From Candidatus Copromorpha sp. (lineage in GTDB: Bacteria; Bacillota; Clostridia; Peptostreptococcales; Anaerovoracaceae): 48,837 bases of DNA. The notes under the pieces are model-generated. The model did no database searches, was not told the DNA's origin, and saw only the letters and a list, made by a program, of their open reading frames with translations. Shown piece by piece: positions 1 to 8,900 of this stretch (position 1 is the first letter of the stretch; every line of letters begins with the position of its first letter). The position numbers were made by a program, and so were the translations under genes. Location: NCBI GenBank assembly GCA_045114655.1, contig JBGUKV010000055.1, forward strand, positions 1 through 48,837, in the 5' to 3' direction.

Positions 1-46
1 TATCTGTTTTTGCATTTTTCTTTCTCCCTGCGGTCCTGGCCGAACC

Positions 47-75
47 TTGAAACGGCTCATCTGTGTTTGTATAAT
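47..75 (+). promoter_or_regulatory. sigma-A promoter of sucD (TTGAAA-N17-TATAAT)
   Basis: TTGAAA 47-52, 17-nt spacer, TATAAT 70-75; GGGAGG RBS before ATG 120. Confidence 0.75.
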
Positions 76-119
76 GAATCACAGAGGATAGATCAACACA
101 TAACAGCGGGAGGCTTTAG

Positions 120-1484
120 ATGGACAGCAGAGAATACATTGACGGTTATATCGCCAGAGCGCGCGCAGCGCAGGCTGAATTTGAGAAGCTGAGTCAGGAG
201 CAGGTCGACAAGGCGGTACAGACCATCGGTAAGGTGGTTTACGAGAACGCGCAGTACTTCGCGGAGATCGCAGTCGAAGAAACGGGCATGGGCAATGTGG
301 AAGACAAATGCGCCAAGAACAAACAGAAGGCGGGCATTGTCTGGAACAACCTGCGGAACAAGAAGTCACGCGGCATTCTGGAAACGGACGAGAAAACAGG
401 CATCACAACGGTGGCAAAACCGATGGGCGTCGTGGCAGCGATCACGCCATGCACCAATCCAATCGTTACACCTATGAGCAACTCCATGTTTGCCCTCAAG
501 TGCGGCAACGCCATCATCATCACGCCCCACCACAAGTCGGTGAAATGCAGCACGAAAGTCGTGGAGATGATGAACGCGGCACTGGCTGAGCTGGGCTATC
601 CGGAAAACCTGATCCAGATCCTCGATGAGCATTCCAGAGAGAATACGAAGAACCTGATTTCCAGCGCTGATGTGGTCGTCGCTACCGGCGGCGCAGGCAT
701 GGTCAACGCGGCGTACAGCTCCGGGCGTCCGGCTCTGGGCGTCGGCGCGGGCAATGTCCAGTGCATCATCGATGAAGGATATGATTTCAAAGAAGCTATT
801 CCGAAGATTATCAAGGGACGTTCTTACGACAACGGCATCATCTGCTCCGCGGAGCAAAGCGTCATCTGCCCGGAAGGGGAGTTCGAGGATATCCTGAAAG
901 AATTCGAAGCGAACGGCGCGGTCGTTGTCCGCGACAAGGAAGGTCTGGAGAGAATCCGAGGCGCTCTCTTCGAGGACGGCAAAACCAACCGGCACTCCGT
1001 CGGACAGAACTGTCAGAAGATCGGTGAACTGGCCGGCATGGAGATTCCGGCGGATACGAAAGTCATCGTAGCAGTCGCTGAGGGAACCGGACTGACGGAT
1101 TCCCTGGGCGGAGAAAAAATGGCGCCGGTCATCAGCGCCTATGCATATAAGGATCTGGACGACGGCATCCGGATCGCAGCGGAGAATCTGGAGCGCGACG
1201 GCAAAGGTCACAGCGTCTCTTTCCATACGGACAGCGAAGAGCACATAGCGAAAGTCGCCGAGAGTCTCTGTGTTTCCAGATTCGTGATCAATCAGTGCAG
1301 CGCCAATTCAGCCGGCGGTTCCTACTTCAATGGTCTGAACCCGACGAACACACTGGGCTGCGGATCATGGGGACATAACTCCATTTCCGAGAACCTGAAC
1401 TACCATCACCTGATGAACATTTCAAGAGTCGCCCGCTTCATGCCGGACAATTATGTACCGTCCGAAGAAGAACTCTGGGGCTGA
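120..1484 (+). CDS. sucD: CoA-acylating aldehyde dehydrogenase, succinate-semialdehyde dehydrogenase (SucD) type
   Basis: EETGMG, Px[17 protein letters not shown], catalytic [23 protein letters not shown]; overall pattern resembles C. kluyveri/P. gingivalis SucD as recalled. Confidence 0.8.
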   Translation: MDSREYIDGYIARARAAQAEFEKLSQEQVDKAVQTIGKVVYENAQYFAEIAVEETGMGNVEDKCAKNKQKAGIVWNNLRNKKSRGILETDEKTGITTVAKPMGVVAAITPCTNPIVTPMSNSMFALKCGNAIIITPHHKSVKCSTKVVEMMNAALAELGYPENLIQILDEHSRENTKNLISSADVVVATGGAGMVNAAYSSGRPALGVGAGNVQCIIDEGYDFKEAIPKIIKGRSYDNGIICSAEQSVICPEGEFEDILKEFEANGAVVVRDKEGLERIRGALFEDGKTNRHSVGQNCQKIGELAGMEIPADTKVIVAVAEGTGLTDSLGGEKMAPVISAYAYKDLDDGIRIAAENLERDGKGHSVSFHTDSEEHIAKVAESLCVSRFVINQCSANSAGGSYFNGLNPTNTLGCGSWGHNSISENLNYHHLMNISRVARFMPDNYVPSEEELWG

Positions 1485-1496
1485 TGACACAAACGC

Positions 1497-1524
1497 AAAA
1501 GGCGGCCGTGCAGCCGCCTTTTTT
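1497..1524. terminator. Bidirectional intrinsic terminator
   Basis: AAAA-GGCGGC-cgtgca-GCCGCC-TTTTTT between convergent genes. Confidence 0.85.
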
Positions 1525-1567
1525 CATTGTCTTCCGTTGATTTTCATCCGCCAGTCGATCGCGCGCA

Positions 1568-2437
1568 TCACTCCTGCGAATGTCCCGCTTCCGCGAAATC
1601 CGCTTCGATATCGCCCGCTTTTGTCTTCAAGGTGAGCTTGTTCGGACCGCCTTCGGAGTTGAATTCTTTGACCTCGTCGTCTGAGTCATTCACCTGGACA
1701 TCACCGGATCCTGCGTGCAGAGATACCGTGAACTGGTCCATCGCCAGCGCTGAGTCGAACTCGATATCTCCGGAGTTCACTTCTGCACTTATATCTCCTT
1801 CGCAGTTTGTGATCCCGATGTCACCGGCCTCTGTACGAAGCGTCATTCTGTCTGCCTTTGCGCTATCCGCTTCGATATCTCCTGAACCGCTGTCGATCGT
1901 CATGCTTTTGCATTCGACGCCGCCCACGGCAGTATCACCGAACCCTGTCTTGATATCGACGCTTTCCAGCTTCTTTGACTTGCAGAGCACGACCACGTCC
2001 GGACTGGAATCCTCCGCTGACAGATTGACTTCGAAATCAGGATCTGCTCCGCCGCTGTTTATGATCAAAACCCCCTTTTCAACTTTTACTTCCGGCTTAA
2101 CCGTTCCCTCTTTCCATCTGACGATGACCTTGCCGGCCAGTTCTTCGTCATAGTTGTCCGCGAGCCAGTCTTTCGCGAAATCAGCGACCATATCCCTCGT
2201 GAATCCCTGACCGATCACCGCCACATCCATATTTCCGTCCACCCGGATGGAATCATACTCGGCAGTTTCCACCGTGTCTGTCACTTTGTTCTCCGGTCCG
2301 AAGTTGAACCATCCGTGGCTCTGCTCGACTTTCTCCATATCCTGAACGCCGCCCATAGCGTAGCCTGCCGCCGTCAGGATGATTCCCAGCACGCACACCG
2401 CGCTGCAGGTTATAAAAAACTTAGCCATTTTACTCAT
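1568..2437 (-). CDS. DUF4097-family beta-strand repeat (adhesin-like) membrane-anchored protein
   Basis: N-terminal TM helix; repeated xSGDI/xAGDI motifs; start MSKMAK after GAAGGGGG, overlaps upstream stop. Confidence 0.75.
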   Translation of the reverse strand: MSKMAKFFITCSAVCVLGIILTAAGYAMGGVQDMEKVEQSHGWFNFGPENKVTDTVETAEYDSIRVDGNMDVAVIGQGFTRDMVADFAKDWLADNYDEELAGKVIVRWKEGTVKPEVKVEKGVLIINSGGADPDFEVNLSAEDSSPDVVVLCKSKKLESVDIKTGFGDTAVGGVECKSMTIDSGSGDIEADSAKADRMTLRTEAGDIGITNCEGDISAEVNSGDIEFDSALAMDQFTVSLHAGSGDVQVNDSDDEVKEFNSEGGPNKLTLKTKAGDIEADFAEAGHSQE

Positions 2438-3170
2438 TGCCTGCACCCCCTTCAAATGCATGTTCTGCTTCCGCCGCATCTGCGGCCAGCTCCAGCATAA
2501 ACGCCTTTTCATCCGCATCGTCCTGCGATACGTAGACCCATTCTTCTGCGGCCGACCGGTCCGCGGCGAGCCTTCTGATTCTGTGCTTTTCCCTGCTGCG
2601 GCGGATCGCCTTCGCGATGGCTCTGACCGCCGCCCTGACGATGAGGAACAGTCCGGCGCCCGCAGCTGCCATCACCGCGAGAACGATCAGCCCGGCACCG
2701 ATGATCATGATGCCGGATGAAACCGCATCTGCCAGAGCGATGACGCCGAATACGACGGCTCCGATCGCGCCGACCGCGCCGCCGATGATCCCGGCTGCGA
2801 TGCCGACCGCCGCGCAGGCGGCGCCAAACAGCACCAGGACCGCGCAGATCGCTACCGGTATGGAAACCGGCGCGGAAACGATTCCGATCACGACCCACCA
2901 CGCAGCGGACAGTTTTTTCTTTGTCGTCGGTTTCTCGCCCAGCAGCGATTCGTCTCCGTCCAGAAGTCTTGCCGCGTATTCCGCTTTGATCTGCGACGCG
3001 ATGCGCTTCGGATTTCCCAATTCGCTGACGATTTCTTCTTCTGTTTTCTCTCCGGCTTCCAGAACTTCGTCGAAGTACTCTTCGTAGAATTCCGTCGCCG
3101 CAACGATCTCTTCCGGCGGCAGTTTCCGGATGCCTTCTCTAAGCGTAACAATAAACTCCTGCCTAGTCAT
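2430..3170 (-). CDS. DUF1700-family membrane protein
   Basis: MTRQEFI..L...LP.EE....FYEEYFDE..ELGNPKRIA N-terminus followed by Gly/Ala-rich TM segments; typical padR-DUF1700-DUF4097 order. Confidence 0.8.
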   Translation of the reverse strand: MTRQEFIVTLREGIRKLPPEEIVAATEFYEEYFDEVLEAGEKTEEEIVSELGNPKRIASQIKAEYAARLLDGDESLLGEKPTTKKKLSAAWWVVIGIVSAPVSIPVAICAVLVLFGAACAAVGIAAGIIGGAVGAIGAVVFGVIALADAVSSGIMIIGAGLIVLAVMAAAGAGLFLIVRAAVRAIAKAIRRSREKHRIRRLAADRSAAEEWVYVSQDDADEKAFMLELAADAAEAEHAFEGGAGNE

Positions 3171-3492
3171 TCTTGCCACCCCTTTCATTCCCGTCCATTA
3201 GTTTGTTGATTGCTCTCTTGTAATCTTCCCACTGTTTCCTGTACTCGAGAAGCTGCGCCTCGCCCTTCTCGGTGATGGAATAGTATCTGCGGTTCCTGCC
3301 CTGATACGGCTGATCATAGGTCCTGCAAAGTCCTTCTTTCTGCAGTCTCCGCAGAACCGGGTAAAGCGTCGATTCTGAAATCTTGATCGCGCTTTTCATC
3401 TCCTGTGTGATCTCGTACCCGTAAGTGTCTCCCCTTTTGAGTATTGCCAGGGCGCACGCATCGAGCAGGCTTGATTCGATTTTGAATGCCAT
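3163..3492 (-). CDS. PadR-family transcriptional regulator
   Basis: YGYEI, ESTLYPVLRRL, RRYYSITEKG; RBS AAAGGAGG before ATG 3492. Confidence 0.9.
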   Translation of the reverse strand: MAFKIESSLLDACALAILKRGDTYGYEITQEMKSAIKISESTLYPVLRRLQKEGLCRTYDQPYQGRNRRYYSITEKGEAQLLEYRKQWEDYKRAINKLMDGNERGGKND

Positions 3493-3533
3493 ATTCGTGC
3501 CTCCTTTCGTCATGCAATATTATTTCTTGTCTG

Positions 3534-3564
3534 ATACTATACATCGTATAATATTGTTCGTCAA
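3534..3564 (-). promoter_or_regulatory. padR promoter (TTGACG-N17-TATAGT) with overlapping palindromic operator
   Basis: -35 at 3559-3564, -10 at 3536-3541; inverted repeat ATACTATAC-atc-GTATAATAT at 3534-3554. Confidence 0.65.
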
Positions 3565-3620
3565 CCACTTTACGCAATGTTTTTCATTTTTTGCAAAAGC
3601 AATCTCTTGCTTTTGCATTT

Positions 3621-3638
3621 TCGTTAAATAAATAACAA
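3621..3638 (+). promoter_or_regulatory. Putative Rex operator
   Basis: TCGTTAA-ATAA-ATAACAA, 2 mismatches to clostridial Rex consensus TTGTTAA-N4-TTAACAA; just upstream of the -35. Confidence 0.55.
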
Positions 3639-3645
3639 TTTTCTA

Positions 3646-3674
3646 TTTACTACGTTTTTTCACGGTGGTAGAAT
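3646..3674 (+). promoter_or_regulatory. sigma-A promoter of the CoA-transferase gene (TTTACT-N17-TAGAAT, extended TG)
   Basis: -35 3646-3651, TGgTAGAAT ending 3674. Confidence 0.6.
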
Positions 3675-3712
3675 GAAGCATAAAATGTATTAAGTCCGGG
3701 GAGGATAATGTA

Positions 3713-5071
3713 ATGTATAGAACTTCAATGCTTGAGAAAAAGTATCAGGAAAAACTGATCACGGCGGAACAAGCCGCCGAAATGGTTCACAACAACAACC
3801 GAATTCATTTCGGTTTGGGTCTCGGCACAGTTAAGGATATCGACAAGGCACTGGCAAAACGCGCGGATGAACTATGGAATGTTGAAATCATCAGTACTGT
3901 CGGTGTGCGGAACGCGCCGTTTGAAACGTATCTGGCAACCGATGATAATAAGAAAGTGCGGTTCTCGTCAGCTCACTTCAGTTCCTTCGACCGTGAAATG
4001 TGCAAGGCCGGACGCTGCTGGTATATCCCGATGATGTTTAACGAGCTCCCTGTTTACTGGCAGCACAATGACAGCGGACTGGACATCGCATTCTTCCAGG
4101 TCGCACCTATGGACGAACACGGAAACTTCAACATCGGACCGCAGGTCGCGGACATCTGGGGTGTCATCAAGAGCGCCAAGAAGGTCATCGTTGAGGTCAA
4201 CGAGAACATGCCGATCGCGCACGGTCACCAGACGCAGCTCAATCTGTACGGCGTAGACTATGTCGTCGAGGGTTCCAACTCTCCGATGGACGAGCTGTTC
4301 AATAAGCCGCCAACGAAGATCGATAAGTACATAGCGGAATATGTCGTATCGCAGATCGAATCCCACAGTACACTGCAGCTGGGAATCGGCGCGCTGCCGG
4401 GGTGCATCGGATCGATGCTGGCCGACTCCGACGTCAGAAACATCAACGCGCATACGGAGATGTTCGTTGACGCATATGTGGATTTGTTCGAAGCCGGTAA
4501 GCTGACAGGCAACAAGCCGGTCGACAAAGGAAAGGCGGTCTACACATTCGCCGGAGGCACGAAACGCCTCTATGACTTCATTGACGACAACCCGATCTGC
4601 TGCAGCGCGCCGGTAGATTACGTCAACAGCATCGAAACGGTATCAAAGATCAAGAACTTTATTTCCATCAATAGCTGCATCCAGGTCGACCTCTACGGGC
4701 AGGTCTGCTCTGAGTCAGCGGGCGTACAGCAGGTATCCGGAACCGGCGGTCAGCTCGACTTCGTACTTGGCGCCTACGCTTCTAAGGGCGGCAAAAGCTT
4801 CCTCTGCACACCGTCGACCAGAACACTCAAAGACGGCTCCAGAGAATCTCTCATCAAGCCGATGCTCTCCGAGGGCAGCATCGTCACAACGCCGCGTACG
4901 GCTACGAATTTCGTCGTCACAGAGTACGGCATCGCCAACCTCAAAGGCAAGAACACCTGGCAGAGAGCAGAACTCCTGATCAACATCGCGCATCCTGATT
5001 TCAGAGATGAACTGATCAAGGATGCCGAGAAGATGGGAATCTGGAAGAACACATCGAAGGTCACGTTCTAA
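3713..5071 (+). CDS. Acetyl-CoA hydrolase/transferase family; butyryl-CoA:acetate or 4-hydroxybutyrate CoA-transferase
   Basis: FQVAPMD.HG.FN.GP, LQLGIG, catalytic HTEM, SGTGGQLDFVLGAY, VTEYG, IAHPDFR; most like But enzymes as recalled, substrate not determinable. Confidence 0.85.
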   Translation: MYRTSMLEKKYQEKLITAEQAAEMVHNNNRIHFGLGLGTVKDIDKALAKRADELWNVEIISTVGVRNAPFETYLATDDNKKVRFSSAHFSSFDREMCKAGRCWYIPMMFNELPVYWQHNDSGLDIAFFQVAPMDEHGNFNIGPQVADIWGVIKSAKKVIVEVNENMPIAHGHQTQLNLYGVDYVVEGSNSPMDELFNKPPTKIDKYIAEYVVSQIESHSTLQLGIGALPGCIGSMLADSDVRNINAHTEMFVDAYVDLFEAGKLTGNKPVDKGKAVYTFAGGTKRLYDFIDDNPICCSAPVDYVNSIETVSKIKNFISINSCIQVDLYGQVCSESAGVQQVSGTGGQLDFVLGAYASKGGKSFLCTPSTRTLKDGSRESLIKPMLSEGSIVTTPRTATNFVVTEYGIANLKGKNTWQRAELLINIAHPDFRDELIKDAEKMGIWKNTSKVTF

Positions 5072-5085
5072 ATAACAGACAATAT

Positions 5086-5119
5086 AAAAAGCGCGGGTCA
5101 CTGAGACCCGCGTTTTTTT
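5086..5119. terminator. Bidirectional intrinsic terminator
   Basis: AAAAA-GCGCGGGTC-actga-GACCCGCGT followed by a T run. Confidence 0.85.
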
Positions 5120-5137
5120 CATAATAATCCCGCAGCA

Positions 5138-5887
5138 TTATTCCGCCTGCCCTGTGAAGTCCGCCGGATCCAGGGTGCAGATATTTGTCAGTTCCGCATT
5201 CCCGTCGAGGTCCTCATAGATGACCGCGACCTGAATGTTGCTGACCGGCTCCTGCGAGGCCAGTTCCCCTTCCACCAGGACAGCGTAATTCGTTCCTGCC
5301 ACGACCTGTGATCCGAGATAAGCCATCGGTGTGAAGGTGCTTCCGCCGACTTGCTCGATACCTTTCTCAAACGCTGCTTTCACCTGATCGGGAAGCTCGG
5401 CCTTTGTGTAATCCTCCGGCACTTCCCAGCCGCCGGTCACATCTTCTGCGTGAAGGTCCGCTCCGTCACCCTCGGTGTAGTCTGCGATGTTAAAATCCGC
5501 AATGTTCGTGATCTCCGCATTGCCCTCCAGATCGGCATAGATGACAACTACCTGCAGCTTCGGACTCGGATTTTCCGTTACCGGAAGGCTCCGGCACAGG
5601 ATCTGATAATTTGTGCCTGCGACGATCTGCTTGCTGAAGTACGCGAGCGGTGTCAGATCATTTCCGTCCAGCTCCGCTACCGCTTTCTCAAAAGCCGCCT
5701 GCACTTCCTCCGGCAGCTCCACGGCCGCCGCTTCCGTATCGATCTCCCATCCTCCGGTCATCGGCTCTTCTGCTGTTTCCGCTGCGGTCGTCTCTTCTTC
5801 CGCCGGTTCTTCAGAAGAATTACCGCATGCCGCAAAAGCAAATACCATCATGAGACTCATAAGTAATAGAAACAGTTTCTTTTTCAT
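5138..5887 (-). CDS. Lipoprotein with two tandem cystatin-like domains
   Basis: Lipobox FAAC; acidic linker; two ~105-aa repeats, each TGGW...Q(I/V)VAGTNY. Confidence 0.7.
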   Translation of the reverse strand: MKKKLFLLLMSLMMVFAFAACGNSSEEPAEEETTAAETAEEPMTGGWEIDTEAAAVELPEEVQAAFEKAVAELDGNDLTPLAYFSKQIVAGTNYQILCRSLPVTENPSPKLQVVVIYADLEGNAEITNIADFNIADYTEGDGADLHAEDVTGGWEVPEDYTKAELPDQVKAAFEKGIEQVGGSTFTPMAYLGSQVVAGTNYAVLVEGELASQEPVSNIQVAVIYEDLDGNAELTNICTLDPADFTGQAE

Positions 5888-5905
5888 AGTGATCCTCCCA
5901 TTGCT

Positions 5906-8900
5906 TTACTTGACTATGACTATTGTTTTACAGTACTTGCCGCAGGTGTCTTGAATGTAGATCGTTGCCTTGCCTGTATCCTTGGCCTTGATTGTTCCAT
6001 TGCTGCTGACGCTGAGAACCTGCGGGTTGTCTGAGGTGAAACGCAGATATTTGCCATGACCCTCGTTGATGTGTTTCTTGCCTTTTGGCAGTGTGTACTT
6101 CGCTCCCAATTTCAGGGTCTTTCCTTTCTTCAGCGTGACGGTCTTCTTGTTCGCTTTTATCGTCTTGATATTAGCATATTTGTTCATAGTGTTTGTGGTG
6201 ATTACGTGAAAGGCTTTACTGATTGCCAGCACGTTGCCGTTCTTGTCAGCCGCCACCACAACGAATTTGTACGCCCGATGCGGTTTCAGTTTCTTCCATT
6301 GACCTTTCTGACCCTTCTTGCCGATGACTTTTTTGACATTGAAACTTGTTCTTGAGGTCACGGTGATCCGCTGCACATCACTGCCGCATCTGGCCGCATA
6401 AACAAGATACTTGGCTGTGCCGGGCACCTTGTTCCAGGAAATTCTGATGTTCGTCTTGCCGGAAGGTTTCCCCTGTGCCAGCAGGACCGGGATGGATTGC
6501 GCCGACCACTTGGCGTAGACCGTGGTGTTTTTCTCGATCGCCGCATTGAAATCGAATGCCTTTGTCAGAGATTTGTCCGCAAACCAGCCCTTGAATGTAC
6601 AGCCTTTTTTCTTCGGGTTGGAGGGCTTTTGCGCTGTCTGGTGGATCTTCACCGTCTGCGTCTTTACCTTGCTGCCGCCGTTCGTGACGAAGGTTACCTT
6701 AAATTCCTTCAGTTTCCAGTTTGCCTTGTATGTCCTGTTCCCGGTGGAACCCCTCTTGATGGTGACGTTCTTTGTCGGCTTTTGCAGTCCGGTTCCGGTC
6801 CAGCCGGTAAAATCGTAATCCTTCTTTCCCGGGTTCACAAGTGTAATGTCACCGGATTCAGCGGTATAGGTGGCGGGATTGTCTTTGCCGTCCGGCAGCC
6901 GGCCGCCGTTCAGATCATAGCTGATGCCATAAGGGATCGGCTCCCAGAGCGCATAAAGCGTAACCTTCCCGCCGTCCTTCTCCGGTGCCAGATCGTTCTG
7001 ATTGTCTGCGTTGATCCGCGCGTGATCATCGAAGCCGGTTCCGGTACCGTCGGGTTTCGTATTCCAGCTCCGGAACACATACCCTCGGCGGCTGAACGAA
7101 TTCACAGACAAACGGGCCGCCTGATCATAGGTCATCACCTGGTCCCCCATGGATCCGTTTCCCCGATTGGCGTTATACTGCACCGTGTATGTGTTCGGCT
7201 CGCCATGGGCGATGAGTTTGACCGGACCGGTTACTGTAATCGTCTGTTTGCTCGCCGCAGGGTCCTTGCCCCAGACCGGGGCGACGCCGGCCGCGGTGTA
7301 GTCCGGCCGCACCATCGGCGCAACTGTGTATCCTGTGAAGTGGTACCTGTCTTTCACGGAAGCGGACAGGAACAGTTTTTTATGATCCGGAACCACCATC
7401 TGTGTCTGCGATTCGCCTGTTTCTGATTCGGCGACAAAGACTTCCGTAACGTTATCGTTCTCCTTGGCGACCTGTACTGTGTTGTACTCCAGCACAATGG
7501 ACACACCTTCATTTCCGTAAAAGAAGGATTCCTTTCCTTCCGGCAGCTCTGCGTAATCCGAATTCTCAATGATGACAGTGTAGCTGCCTGTCGGGAGCGA
7601 TCCCCCGTCAAGATTGGCGGAAGGATTGAAGACATAACTTCCCCGTTTATATTCCAGCGTCAGACGGTAGTCCGCAGCTCCGTCGCTGAAGAGAATTTTC
7701 TCTTTCAACCCTTCTACCGGACGGCCGTCCCGGGTGACTGCGATTGCAATAACGCCTTCCCCGACCCATTCCGCGGTCAGTTTCTTTCCTGTAATGCCGC
7801 CGTCTGCGTTCAGACTGCATAAGTTGCAGAACTCCGCTCCGTCCTCATAGAACGACCCAAACGCGTCGCCGGTCCATCCATGGAATGCAAACGGTGTATT
7901 GCTCCAGTTATTCAACGGGAGTGTCCCCGGCTCATCGAATACGGCAGATTGGTATCTGGCGCCCTGGTTGGCGTCCCCGGAATCGAGCTCAATGACATAT
8001 CTCAGCGGTTCCCATTGGGCGTAGAGTTTGACCGCGCCGCCCCGCTCGTCGCTTAGATCCGTTCCTTTGACCTGGTCTCCCGGCCGGTAGATTTTGTCGC
8101 CGGATTCCGCAGCAGGGTTCACCGACCAGCCGCGAAACGCATAGCCTGGGAGCGTATATCCGCAGTCCGGAAGCGTTATCGTCTCATCATACTGGCGCGC
8201 CTCCGGATCCATGGATCCGCTCAGCTGAGTGCTTGCCGCCGGGGGCTTGTTCCCGTCATAGGATAGTTCGTACTCATCCCAGAAGGCGTAGAGTTTGATT
8301 CCGTATTTGTACCATTTCAGGTCGTCTCTGGATTGTGTATCGCCGCTTCCACTCTCATTGCCGGTCATCTGGAGATGGCCGTTTGCGTCTGTCCAGACTG
8401 TTTCCCCGGTTGCCACTCCCTTGCGGAACGTGCCATCCGGATCCAACAGGGGATAGTTCCCCTCCGGATCGACAGAATAGTACTCGGGAGTAAAGGTTTT
8501 TTCGCCGACGGTTTTCGTTTCATTGATGATCGATGACGCTTCCGCGTCTCCAATATAAACAAGTGCATTGCTGACATTCAGGTCCTTCGCGTTGTAGTTG
8601 TCATCGAACAGGAAATAAAACTGCGGATAGACCACAGCGGTTCCATCAGGGTCATGCATCGCAGACAGATTCAGCCCTGAGAAATACCTGATGTCAGCTT
8701 CCTGCAGATCGAGTCCCTTGTCCAGGAGCGTATCTTTCGTTTTCACTGCCCGCACGGTGTAGTTCGGCGGAAGCCAGAAATAAAGGGCTGGATCCGTATC
8801 GACTGATGTCGGGAATGTGTAGACATCATGCAGACCATAATCCTCATAGGTCCGTCCATTCCACTCCGACTGGAACGATTCGATGGGATGCATTTTGCTG

